This document shows positions 17,522-26,562 of a stretch of 64,000 nt of DNA, one piece after another (positions within the stretch are counted from its first letter, which is position 1; every line of letters starts with the position of its first letter). A model generated the notes under the pieces. It was not told the DNA's origin and ran no database searches. It saw nothing but the letters and a program-made list of their open reading frames with translations. Position numbers and translations under genes: made by a program. The stretch is taken from positions 78,428-142,427 of the forward strand of contig MHCP01000025.1 in NCBI GenBank assembly GCA_001816655.1, written 5' to 3'. Origin of the DNA: Candidatus Woykebacteria bacterium RBG_13_40_15 (GTDB lineage: Bacteria; Patescibacteriota; Microgenomatia; Woykebacterales; RBG-16-39-9b).

Positions 17522-18643
17522 TTATTCGGGACGATTATCGAGCCCAACAGCCTCTGAGAGGCTTTCTAAGCCGTCTTTTTTCAAAAGCCGAGCTAATCCC
17601 TGGTTTATTTCAGCTACGACCTGAGGCCCGTCGTAAATCATCCCGGTTATTAGTTCTATCAGAGAAGCGCCCAGTTTTATTTTCTTATAAGCATCTTCTG
17701 CAGAAAAAACTCCCCCACAACCAATTATTACGAATTTTTTACCAAATTTTCTATAAATATAGGAGATCAATTCGTTTGATGCTGCCTCTGCTGGCTTACC
17801 ACTAATTCCTCCTGCTACCGGAACAGATTTATCAGCTAATTTAATCCTTTTTTTAGTCAAATTTGAACACACAAACCCTGTTATTTTGTGTCGTTCAGCA
17901 ACATTAATTATTTCATCAACCTGACTTGTCGGCAAATCCGGTGGCATCTTTAAAAAGATGGGTTTTTTTGTTTCGGTTTTATCAATTTCGGCTAATAATA
18001 ACTCAAGTTTTCCAGGATCAGTAAATGGTTCTCCACCAAAAGCGTTGGGGCAGCTGATATTTATGGTAAAAAATGCTCCAATTTCTAAAAACGATTTGTA
18101 GGCCTTGACATAATCAGCAATTCCGTCTTTAAGGACAGAAGTTTTAGCGCTATTTGTTTTCGCTACATTTACCCCAACCGGAATCGAAAAATTTTTGTTT
18201 CCTAATCTTTTACTTATTTTTTTGCAGCCTTCGTTTCTAAGACCGTAATTAACAACAATCCCCTTTGATTTTGGTATTCTCCAAAGGCGGGGTTTTGGGT
18301 TTCCACTGCAGGGCTCTCCGGTAACAGAACCGATTTCAGCAAAACCAAACCCAACAGAAGGTAAAATATTTGTTAAATAACCATCTTTGTCGAAACCAGC
18401 CGCTAAACCGATTGGATTTTTAAAGCGAATTCCGGCAAGCTCTTGGCTCAAGGTTTTGTTCGAATAATTGAATAAAACTCCGGTTTTAAAACGAGTTACC
18501 GGATTAGAACCTAAAAATCGGCCAGTATTGATTGCAAGGTTATGAACTGTTTCAGCCTCTATTAAAAATAAAACCGGCCTCAAAATCGCCCGATAAAGAA
18601 AACCGAGAAGAGTATTTCGTACTGAAATAATTATCTCCATCAA
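17522..18643 (-). CDS. pyrD: dihydroorotate dehydrogenase (quinone)
   Basis: GLAAGFDK, GNPKPRL, NISCPN and GGISG motifs. Confidence 0.95.
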   Translation of the reverse strand: MMEIIISVRNTLLGFLYRAILRPVLFLIEAETVHNLAINTGRFLGSNPVTRFKTGVLFNYSNKTLSQELAGIRFKNPIGLAAGFDKDGYLTNILPSVGFGFAEIGSVTGEPCSGNPKPRLWRIPKSKGIVVNYGLRNEGCKKISKRLGNKNFSIPVGVNVAKTNSAKTSVLKDGIADYVKAYKSFLEIGAFFTINISCPNAFGGEPFTDPGKLELLLAEIDKTETKKPIFLKMPPDLPTSQVDEIINVAERHKITGFVCSNLTKKRIKLADKSVPVAGGISGKPAEAASNELISYIYRKFGKKFVIIGCGGVFSAEDAYKKIKLGASLIELITGMIYDGPQVVAEINQGLARLLKKDGLESLSEAVGLDNRPE

Positions 18644-18657
18644 TTTTCTATTTTACA

Positions 18658-19251
18658 CTAATCTTCCAACCGACGAGAAATTTCTTCCCAATTTACCACA
18701 TTCCAAAAAGTTTCGATGTATTTTTTCTTTTCGTTTTTATAGTCTATGTAGTATGCATGCTCAAACATATCCAGAACCATTAGAATTCTACATGTTGGGT
18801 ATATGTTGGTATTATGCTTCTCTATCTGCATTAGAAGCAACTGACCTGTTTGGTTGCAGTATGTAAGAGCTACCCAACCCGAACCTTCAACAGAAGAGGC
18901 TGTTAATGAGAATTCTTTGCGAAACCGCTCAAAAGTCCCAAACTCTTTTTTTATCAATTTCGAAAGCGACCCAGATGGTTCCTTTCTCGCCTTATTAGCA
19001 GGCATCATATTGGCCCAAAACATCGAATGTAAAACATGGCCCCCAAGGTTAAACGAAAGAGCTTTTAAGACTCCTTTTATATCAAGATTGGAACCCTCTT
19101 TTCTATCCTTATCCAATTTTTCCAGAATGTTATTTACTTCAGTTACATAAGCTGCGTGATGAATTTTTAACTGCTCAGAAGACAAAAACGGAATTAAATC
19201 ACCATATCCGTAAGGCAGCGGTGGTAGTGTGTACAAACCTTTCTGCGGCAT
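18658..19251 (-). CDS. sod: Fe/Mn superoxide dismutase (apparent 4-aa deletion)
   Basis: LPPLPY, FNLGGHVLHSMFW and DMFEHAYY motifs. Confidence 0.9.
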   Translation of the reverse strand: MPQKGLYTLPPLPYGYGDLIPFLSSEQLKIHHAAYVTEVNNILEKLDKDRKEGSNLDIKGVLKALSFNLGGHVLHSMFWANMMPANKARKEPSGSLSKLIKKEFGTFERFRKEFSLTASSVEGSGWVALTYCNQTGQLLLMQIEKHNTNIYPTCRILMVLDMFEHAYYIDYKNEKKKYIETFWNVVNWEEISRRLED

Positions 19252-19423
19252 TTTAACTCACCTCCTTAATAAGGACGACAAAAATAAAATATTGACAAAG
19301 AAAAACCTAAATTACAACAGGCAAGCAAGTTTTGTTTACGAATGGTCCTTCTGGTACTCAAAATACGAGTAGGCAGCTGTGTAGATTGAAACCAAAATAA
19401 ATGGTACGATTAATTTTTTATAA

Positions 19424-19498
19424 TGGTGCCCTCGGAGAGATTCGAACTCTCAACTCTGGGTCCGAAGCCCAGTGTTTTATCCGTTATACTACGAGGGC
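19424..19498 (-). tRNA. tRNA-Arg(TCG)
   Basis: Cloverleaf; loop CTTCGGA; CCA. Confidence 0.93.
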
Positions 19499-19499
19499 C

Positions 19500-19575
19500 T
19501 GGAGCGCGAGACGGGATTCGAACCCGCGACCTTCTCCTTGGAAGGGAGACGCTCTACCAGCTGAGCTACTCGCGC
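19500..19575 (-). tRNA. tRNA-Gly(TCC)
   Basis: Cloverleaf; loop CTTCCAA; U73, CCA. Confidence 0.95.
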
Positions 19576-19608
19576 CTGGGTAATGTAACTAACTTCTTGT
19601 TAAGCTCG

Positions 19609-19663
19609 AATTATATAACTAGCTTTGCTAGATGTATAACTCTCGCTACGCTCGAATTATATC
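19609..19663 (-). repeat. R4 palindromic element in a tRNA leader
   Basis: TTATACATCTAGCAAAGCTAGTTATATAATT; matches 25158-25188 with 1 mismatch. Confidence 0.8.
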
Positions 19664-19817
19664 AAAATTTAGTCTCGCCTTCAATTAAATTGAGTATCCC
19701 AAACGTTCTATAAGCTTGACTAATTGCTAAATGTTGCTATCATACTCTCGAAAGCTAATCGCACTTATATAGGTGAATATTTGTTAAGAAACAAGAGATC
19801 AAGGGGAGGTAACAGTC

Positions 19818-21113
19818 ATGCCAATGTCAATCGACTTCCAGAGCCGCCTGTTCCCCCATCTTTCCAAAATCGTTGATCACTATGGAACCCCTTTCCATAT
19901 CTACGATGTGAGGGGTCTTCTGGAAAATGGAACAGACCTAACACGCAAGTTCATGGGCCAATTCCAATTCAAGGAGTTCTTCGCTGTCAAAGCGAACCCC
20001 AACCCGGAGGTTCTGAAGCTGATGCGGGGAATGGGTTTTGGCTTCGACTGCAGCTCTATTCCAGAGCTTGTCCTTGCCACTCTGGTCGGTGCAAAACCAG
20101 GCGATGTCATGTTTACCTCAAATAACACAAGTACGGCCGAATTTCAGGCAGCACTTGACATAGGCTGCATTTTCAACCTGGACGACATTACCATGATTGA
20201 GAATGTCCCAGAACCCTTTCCTAGACTCATTTGTTTCCGTTACAACCCCGGGGAACGGCGAAGTGGAACCAGTTTCATCGGCGTACCAGTCGAGGCAAAG
20301 TACGGAGTCCGTCACGATCAGCTCATCAACGCATACCGCATGGCAATGGCTCGAGGTGCGAACCGGTTTGGGCTACACACTATGATCGCCTCCAACACCT
20401 TGGACTGTAGCTATATGATAGAGACAGTCCGAATGCTGCTTGAGGTGGTCGAGGAAGTCTCGGCAGAACTCGGGATCAAATTCAAATTCATCAACATGGG
20501 TGGTGGAATTGGAATACCCTACCACCCAAATGATGCACCGTTCGACCTTTTCCAACTGGCCCACGAAGCCCGATACTTGCTACACCGCTTCAAGGAAAGA
20601 AACGGTTACGTTCCGGCGCTTTACATGGAATCGGGTCGAGCAATGACCGGTCCCTTCGGAATACTGGTCACGCGAGTCCTCAACCGAATGAGTAAGCACC
20701 GGGAATATGTAGGCGTTGACGCCTGCATGTCCTCCCTAATGCGACCTGGAATGTACCGGAATAGTCAGATAGCAGAAGGTGCGGGTTACCACCATATCAC
20801 AGTACTAAATAGGTACGGTCACCCCAAAAGTGGGCCTACTGAAGTAGTGGATATTGTCGGTTCGCTCTGCGAGAACTGCGACAAGTTCGCCGTCCGAAGA
20901 GAGCTCCCTATGGCAGAGGTGGACGACCTAGTTGTCATCCACGACACAGGCGCTCACGGTCACGCCATGGGGTTCATCTACAACGGACGGCTTCGTCCCG
21001 CGGAGCTTATGCTTTGCGAGGACGGTAGTGTTCGACTTATCCGAAGAGCAGAAACCATCGAGGACTATCTTCGAACAGTCGCAGATCTCGAACCAAACGT
21101 TATGCAGCTGTAG
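19818..21113 (+). CDS. lysA: diaminopimelate decarboxylase
   Basis: FAVKANPN, FDCSS, NMGGG, ESGR, GSLCENCD and HGHAMGF.YNG motifs. Confidence 0.93.
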   Translation: MPMSIDFQSRLFPHLSKIVDHYGTPFHIYDVRGLLENGTDLTRKFMGQFQFKEFFAVKANPNPEVLKLMRGMGFGFDCSSIPELVLATLVGAKPGDVMFTSNNTSTAEFQAALDIGCIFNLDDITMIENVPEPFPRLICFRYNPGERRSGTSFIGVPVEAKYGVRHDQLINAYRMAMARGANRFGLHTMIASNTLDCSYMIETVRMLLEVVEEVSAELGIKFKFINMGGGIGIPYHPNDAPFDLFQLAHEARYLLHRFKERNGYVPALYMESGRAMTGPFGILVTRVLNRMSKHREYVGVDACMSSLMRPGMYRNSQIAEGAGYHHITVLNRYGHPKSGPTEVVDIVGSLCENCDKFAVRRELPMAEVDDLVVIHDTGAHGHAMGFIYNGRLRPAELMLCEDGSVRLIRRAETIEDYLRTVADLEPNVMQL

Positions 21114-21149
21114 AATCAACCAAACTCAAACGAAAGGGAAGGTGATATT

Positions 21150-22346
21150 GTGCCCAACCGATGGCTTCCAGAAGGTGAAGAGAACCTTTTCCAGAGGATC
21201 AAAGCTCAGCGTGAGGCAGCAGCAGCCAAGGGCATCAAGATCATTGACCTGTCGATTGGCCAACCGCAAGGCCCAGCACTCCTAAGTGCTAGAAAAGAAG
21301 CCTCTCGCGCTGTGTTAAGCAGCAAGGAAGCAATGCACAGCTATCAAGACAATGGGTGTTTGCCCTTACCCGATTTCGCTTCACAGTTCATACAATCCCA
21401 TATGCACCGGGGGCTCGACGGTTTCGATATAGCGTTCCTTCCGATACCCGGCATCAAGCCAGTCCTCTCGATGATACCGCTTGCATGCGGTGCCGAGAAG
21501 AATAGTGCACTCATCGTGGAGACCATGACGAACCCGGGCTACCCAACGCCATTGGATGTCTGCAAGCACCTACGCTTGCGAGGAATTCACGAGCTACCAC
21601 TCACGCCCGAAAACGGATTCAGCTTTGCACTAAGCGACTCCTGGGGGACTCGCGGCTTGATGATGCTCAACTACCCACACAACCCATCAGGCCAAATCGC
21701 CATCAAGAACTGGTGGTGGGCCCTCTGCGAGTACTGCGTTACCCACGGGATAAGGCTCTTCAACGACGCTGCTTACGCAGCCCTCTGGCACACCGAAGAG
21801 TGCTGCACCCTGACAGAAGTAGCTGTCAGCTTTCCCGATCTTTCCTGGGTTGAAGCATTTTCCGCGTCAAAACTCATCGGCAACGGCACCGGCTGGAGGA
21901 TTGGTGCTCTCGTCGGCTCGTCCGACTTTGTCGCCGATATAGCGGCCATCAAGGGAAAGATGGATAGCGGATTCGCCGCTCCGCTAGCGGCAGGAGTTCT
22001 TGCGGCAACGGAGAGTGACCGCGACGGAATAAACACCTATCGGGAAATGTACCGCCAGCGATCAGAAATGCTCACTAGGTTGCTCTCTAACCGCAACGTG
22101 AGGATTGCTGTGCCTCCAAAGGCTGGATTCTTCACGCTCTGGAAGGTCCCAGCGCAAGCCTTCGGAGAAGAGGTCCAGGACGCCCCACACTTCAACTCAA
22201 CCATGATCGAGCGGACTGGTGTCGTTGGTGTGCCCTTCGACTCAAAGCAAGGAGCTTACATTCGATACGCGGTCTGCGGCGACATCGGAGCAATGGAAAG
22301 AGATCTAGAAGCGGCCTTTGATCAAGCGGCTGTTTCGTACAATTAG
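21150..22346 (+). CDS. class I/II PLP aminotransferase, likely LL-diaminopimelate aminotransferase-like
   Basis: DLSIGQP, NYPHNPSG, DAAY and S.SK...TGWRIG motifs; in an operon with lysA. Confidence 0.8.
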   Translation: MPNRWLPEGEENLFQRIKAQREAAAAKGIKIIDLSIGQPQGPALLSARKEASRAVLSSKEAMHSYQDNGCLPLPDFASQFIQSHMHRGLDGFDIAFLPIPGIKPVLSMIPLACGAEKNSALIVETMTNPGYPTPLDVCKHLRLRGIHELPLTPENGFSFALSDSWGTRGLMMLNYPHNPSGQIAIKNWWWALCEYCVTHGIRLFNDAAYAALWHTEECCTLTEVAVSFPDLSWVEAFSASKLIGNGTGWRIGALVGSSDFVADIAAIKGKMDSGFAAPLAAGVLAATESDRDGINTYREMYRQRSEMLTRLLSNRNVRIAVPPKAGFFTLWKVPAQAFGEEVQDAPHFNSTMIERTGVVGVPFDSKQGAYIRYAVCGDIGAMERDLEAAFDQAAVSYN

Positions 22347-22370
22347 TTGCCCTACCAATCTGCCAGACAC

Positions 22371-22415
22371 GAGCCCCTAGCGCGCTGATTAACAATCAGA
22401 AAGCGAAGGGGCTCC
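22371..22415 (+). terminator. terminator-like hairpin after the lysA operon
   Basis: GAGCCC...GGGCTC with inner CTGATT/AATCAG. Confidence 0.5.
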
Positions 22416-22570
22416 ATTCATTATAGACATGATAAGGGTTGCTTATTCCACAAATTAGTTGCAGAGCAGCGGGTATCTACGGGTATCTAGCAGTCGCTTT
22501 TAGTCCATGAAATGGTTGCAAAGCAAATGCGGCTAGCAGTTGCTTTACAAAGGTGCTAAAATAGTACGAT

Positions 22571-24967
22571 ATGGAAGATAAAGAGAAAAAGAAAGTCTTA
22601 CAGACATTGCCACTGATACCTGTTAAGGATATCGTTATATTCCCCCACGCAGAGGTTCCTATTTCCTTGAAAAGGGAAAAATCGGTAAAAGCTCTTGAAG
22701 AAGCTCTAGTTAAGGATAAGATTTTATTCCTTGTAATGCAGAAAAATCGTGAGATTGAAGAACCCACCACAGATGATCTTTTTGACGTAGGGACTATCTC
22801 AAAAATAGCTTCCGTGCAGCGACTGCCTGACGGAGTTGTTAACATAACTGTTGAAGGATTGAAAAAAGCTAAAGTGACCGAACATGTAAGAGTCGATCCA
22901 TATTTTGAGGCAGAAGTTGATGAAATCGACGAGTTAGAATACTCGGCTGAGGAAATTGATGCTTTAATCCGCCCAATGGTTGAGCAGTTTCGTCGCTGTA
23001 TCTCATTAGGAAAATCTGTTCCCCTAGACCTTATCCCAGCAATATTTGATCTTTCTAATCCCTATCAAACTTTGGATATGATCATTTTAAATCTAGAACT
23101 AAAACAGATCGAAAAACAAGCTCTCCTCGAAGCCCCTGACCTAAAATCACGCGCTAAAATTTTGTCAGAATACTTAGCCAGAGAAATTTCGATTCTTCAG
23201 ACAGCAAGAAAAATTCAAGACAAAACATCTGAAGAAATCGGAAAGAATGCGAAAGAAGCATTTTTGAGGGAGCAGCTAAGAACGATAGAGAAGGAACTGG
23301 GTGTAAAAGAGGAACGGGAGGAATTCGGTGAATTGGAAACAAAAATAAGGGAATCTGGTATGCCAAAGGAGACAGAAGCCAAAGCCCTGAAAGAACTAGA
23401 TAGACTGCGCAAAATGCCCCAATTTTCTCCAGAGGTTTCATATTTGCGTACGTACTTAGATTGGTTAGTAGATCTTCCCTGGAGTGCCAAATCAGAAAGC
23501 AAGATAGATGTAAAAGAAGCAGAAAAAATTCTCAATGAAGACCATTATGGGTTAAAAAAGGTAAAAGAGCGCATCTTAGAATACCTAGCAGTCCATAAAC
23601 TAACTGGAAAAATGAAAGGGCCGATTCTCTGTTTCGCAGGACCTCCTGGAACTGGAAAAACCTCTGTCGGCAAGTCTATTGCAAGAGCGTTAGGCAGAAA
23701 ATTTGTAAAGGTTTCCCTTGGCGGAATGCGGGACGAAGCGGAAATTCGAGGCCACCGAAGAACTTATGTTGGAGCTCTCCCAGGCAGAATTATTCAAGGA
23801 ATGAAAGACGCTGAGACAAAAAATCCGGTATTTATGCTTGATGAGATTGACAAACTCGGGATTGATTTTAGGGGGGACCCTTCTTCGGCACTGCTGGAAG
23901 CCCTAGATCCAGAGCAAAATCATTCATTTTCAGACCATTACCTAGAAGTTCCTTTTGATTTATCAGATGTAATGTTTATAACAACCGCAAATATATTGGA
24001 CACCGTCCCTCCCCCACTTCGTGATCGAATGGAGGTAATTGAATTTCCAGGCTACACTGAAGATGAGAAATTCCATATCGCTACAGGATACTTGTGGCCA
24101 AAACAACTAGAAACACATGGATTAGAAAAAAATATATTGAAACTTAGTAACGAAGCCCTGCGGACTATTATTTCTGGCTATACCAGAGAGGCTGGTGTCA
24201 GAAACCTTGAAAGGGAACTCGCAACAATTTGTCGAAAAGTCGCGAGAGAGATCACAGAAAGCAAGATTAAAAGTGCTGAAGTTAACAGTAAAAGCCTCCA
24301 CAAATACCTAGGACCTGAAAAATTCGAGCCTTGGATAGCCGAGAAGCAGGATGAAGTAGGAGTTTCCACCGGCCTTGCCTGGACCGAAGTTGGGGGGCAG
24401 GTGCTCAATGTTGAGGCGACAATGATGCCAGGAAAGGGCCAACTGCTCTTAACTGGCTATCTTGGCGATGTTATGAAGGAGAGCGCCCAAGCAGCTCTCT
24501 CTTACACGAGAAGTAAAACCGCCGATTTTGGAATTAAGGAAAATTTCTTTAAAGATAAGGATATCCATATTCATGTTCCCGCCGGTGCCATACCAAAAGA
24601 TGGTCCAAGCGCAGGAATCACAATGGCTACTGCACTAGTTAGTCTAATAACAAAAATACCCGTTAAGAAAGAGATCGGAATGACTGGCGAAATAACACTG
24701 CGAGGCCGAGTCTTGGAGATTGGTGGTGTCAAAGAAAAAGTACTAGCTGCTCATAGAGCTGGGATTAGAAAGGTAGTTTTACCAAAGAAAAACAAAAAAG
24801 ATCTTGAGGAAATTCCAGCTAAAACTAAAAAAGAACTAAAATTCACTTTCGTTGATAATATGGACGAAGTTCTCAAAAATGCCCTGAAAACTAACCCTTT
24901 TAGAGCTATCAGAACAGAAAAAACAATCGGTATTGAACCGCAGAGAGCAACAATCTCAGCCGCATGA
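22571..24967 (+). CDS. lon: Lon protease
   Basis: GPPGTGKTS, DEIDK, PKDGPSAG and GEITLRG motifs. Confidence 0.98.
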   Translation: MEDKEKKKVLQTLPLIPVKDIVIFPHAEVPISLKREKSVKALEEALVKDKILFLVMQKNREIEEPTTDDLFDVGTISKIASVQRLPDGVVNITVEGLKKAKVTEHVRVDPYFEAEVDEIDELEYSAEEIDALIRPMVEQFRRCISLGKSVPLDLIPAIFDLSNPYQTLDMIILNLELKQIEKQALLEAPDLKSRAKILSEYLAREISILQTARKIQDKTSEEIGKNAKEAFLREQLRTIEKELGVKEEREEFGELETKIRESGMPKETEAKALKELDRLRKMPQFSPEVSYLRTYLDWLVDLPWSAKSESKIDVKEAEKILNEDHYGLKKVKERILEYLAVHKLTGKMKGPILCFAGPPGTGKTSVGKSIARALGRKFVKVSLGGMRDEAEIRGHRRTYVGALPGRIIQGMKDAETKNPVFMLDEIDKLGIDFRGDPSSALLEALDPEQNHSFSDHYLEVPFDLSDVMFITTANILDTVPPPLRDRMEVIEFPGYTEDEKFHIATGYLWPKQLETHGLEKNILKLSNEALRTIISGYTREAGVRNLERELATICRKVAREITESKIKSAEVNSKSLHKYLGPEKFEPWIAEKQDEVGVSTGLAWTEVGGQVLNVEATMMPGKGQLLLTGYLGDVMKESAQAALSYTRSKTADFGIKENFFKDKDIHIHVPAGAIPKDGPSAGITMATALVSLITKIPVKKEIGMTGEITLRGRVLEIGGVKEKVLAAHRAGIRKVVLPKKNKKDLEEIPAKTKKELKFTFVDNMDEVLKNALKTNPFRAIRTEKTIGIEPQRATISAA

Positions 24968-25133
24968 AAAAACCTATTTTTATCCTACCCCTAGTTTTGG
25001 TTTGCTTGGTGTTTGGTTCACCATTCGTTTTGTAATTGGTGGTAACAAGGACACTTGGCTTTGCCAAAATGGGCAGTGGGTCCAACATGGCCACCCCAAC
25101 GCCCACAAGTGAATGTAAGTAATCTCTATTTTT

Positions 25134-25188
25134 GATATAATTTACGCATAGCGGAAATTATACATCTAGCGAAGCTAGTTATATAATT
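25134..25188 (+). repeat. R4 palindromic element in a tRNA leader
   Basis: Same element as 19609-19663, again upstream of tRNA sequence. Confidence 0.8.
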
Positions 25189-25194
25189 TAATAA

Positions 25195-25416
25195 GTGGCT
25201 TGTAGCTCAATCGGATAGCAAGCTAAAGCTTGCTGCGACCACTTACGTGGACTAAGATCAACAAATAATTTAAAATCGAGACCGAGCCCCTGTAGCTCAA
25301 CCCCGATATAATCGGGGTCAATTGGATAGCACGCTTTATAACTAAATATTCTTCGCTAATCGCTTGAAGATTTAGATATTCTCGCGTGCTGCGACCACTA
25401 CGTGGGCTAGGAGCAG
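25195..25416 (+). pseudogene. two degenerate tRNA-Arg 5' halves disrupted by palindromes
   Basis: TGTAGCTCAA..GGATAGC at 25201 and 25291, each followed by TGCTGCGACCAC(T)TACGTGG. Confidence 0.7.
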
Positions 25417-25493
25417 GCGCTTGTAGCTCAATTGGATAGAGCAGCTCCCTTCTAAGGAGCAGGTTGTGAGTTCAAGTCTCACCAAGCGCGCCA
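25417..25493 (+). tRNA. tRNA-Arg(TCT)
   Basis: Cloverleaf; loop CTTCTAA; CCA. Confidence 0.95.
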
Positions 25494-25531
25494 TGAGACT
25501 TTATTATTAAATTACCTAAAAGGAGGTAAAA

Positions 25532-26188
25532 ATGCCTAGAGTATTAAAGTGGTCGCTCGTAGTTTTAATTATCATCCTCGTAGGTGTCGGAGGTTTCTTT
25601 GCGGGTAAATTCTACTGGCAAAGGTCTGATAAAGACACTGATAATTCAAGTCAGAACCAGTCTACATCTTCAGCAAAAAAATCAAGCAACGAGCAAGCCG
25701 CAGCAGAAGCAGAAGGTTGCTGGAAAGAGTATAAAAACCAACCGGTTGGTTACTCCCTAAAATACCCTTGTGATTGGACTCTCACCGAAACCAATGAGTT
25801 CAGCGAAACTATAGGGATGAATGTAAAATATGTCACCATAAAGACTCCCGACAATAAATACTTTCTTTTCTGGGGCTATAAAAAGAGTGCGGAAGCTGGC
25901 TTCACAAACAACGATCGAACAGGAATTGGAGCTGGAGATTTTGTAAATCAGCCAGCTATGGCTTTCAATATCTTGGGAGTAAATGTTGTCCCAAAGCAAT
26001 TGGTCTACCAAGGAAAGGTAAAGGAATATTTCTATGAACAGCCGCAAGCTGGAGTCGCTCAATGCGCCTGTAACTTTATAGGAATGTTCAGTTACAACCA
26101 GAGTCAGGATTACGATGCACTAGATATGACTAACCTAAATTACGTAACAACAGTAAAACAAATTCTGCAATCTGTTCAAAAAATCTAG
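25532..26188 (+). CDS. membrane-anchored extracellular protein (PsbP-like)
   Basis: N-terminal TM; W..Y.N...GYSLKYP.DW; ends QILQSV. Confidence 0.75.
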   Translation: MPRVLKWSLVVLIIILVGVGGFFAGKFYWQRSDKDTDNSSQNQSTSSAKKSSNEQAAAEAEGCWKEYKNQPVGYSLKYPCDWTLTETNEFSETIGMNVKYVTIKTPDNKYFLFWGYKKSAEAGFTNNDRTGIGAGDFVNQPAMAFNILGVNVVPKQLVYQGKVKEYFYEQPQAGVAQCACNFIGMFSYNQSQDYDALDMTNLNYVTTVKQILQSVQKI

Positions 26189-26228
26189 CTAAGTAGTGGA
26201 ATTTTTGTTAAAATAGGCCCTTGCAAGT

Positions 26229-26303
26229 GGGCCCGTAGCTCAACGGTAGAGCAATTGCCTCTTAAGCAATCGGTTGAGAGTTCGAATCTCTCCGGGCTCA
26301 CCA
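26229..26303 (+). tRNA. tRNA-Lys(CTT)
   Basis: Cloverleaf; loop CTCTTAA; CCA. Confidence 0.95.
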
Positions 26304-26306
26304 AAT

Positions 26307-26558
26307 TTATTCCCTCTCAACCGTAATCGTGCATTCGGCTATCAAGGCGGCGATGGCACCGACGGCGGCTAACACAGGGGCGATCACGGCGCCGACTACA
26401 CCAACCGTAAGGGGAAATTCGGCAATTGTTTTGCCTTCTTTACTAGTGATAATGATGCGACGGACATTGCCTTCTTTTATTAACTCCCTGACCTTTTCAA
26501 CCACCTCTTTACCAGTTACCCTAAAAGATTCGTGACTATTTTCTTTTGTAGTTGCCAT
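26307..26558 (-). CDS. DUF4342 family protein
   Basis: VEKVRELIKEGNVRRI...PLTVGV...AP.LAA motif. Confidence 0.85.
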   Translation of the reverse strand: MATTKENSHESFRVTGKEVVEKVRELIKEGNVRRIIITSKEGKTIAEFPLTVGVVGAVIAPVLAAVGAIAALIAECTITVERE

Positions 26559-26562
26559 ACAT

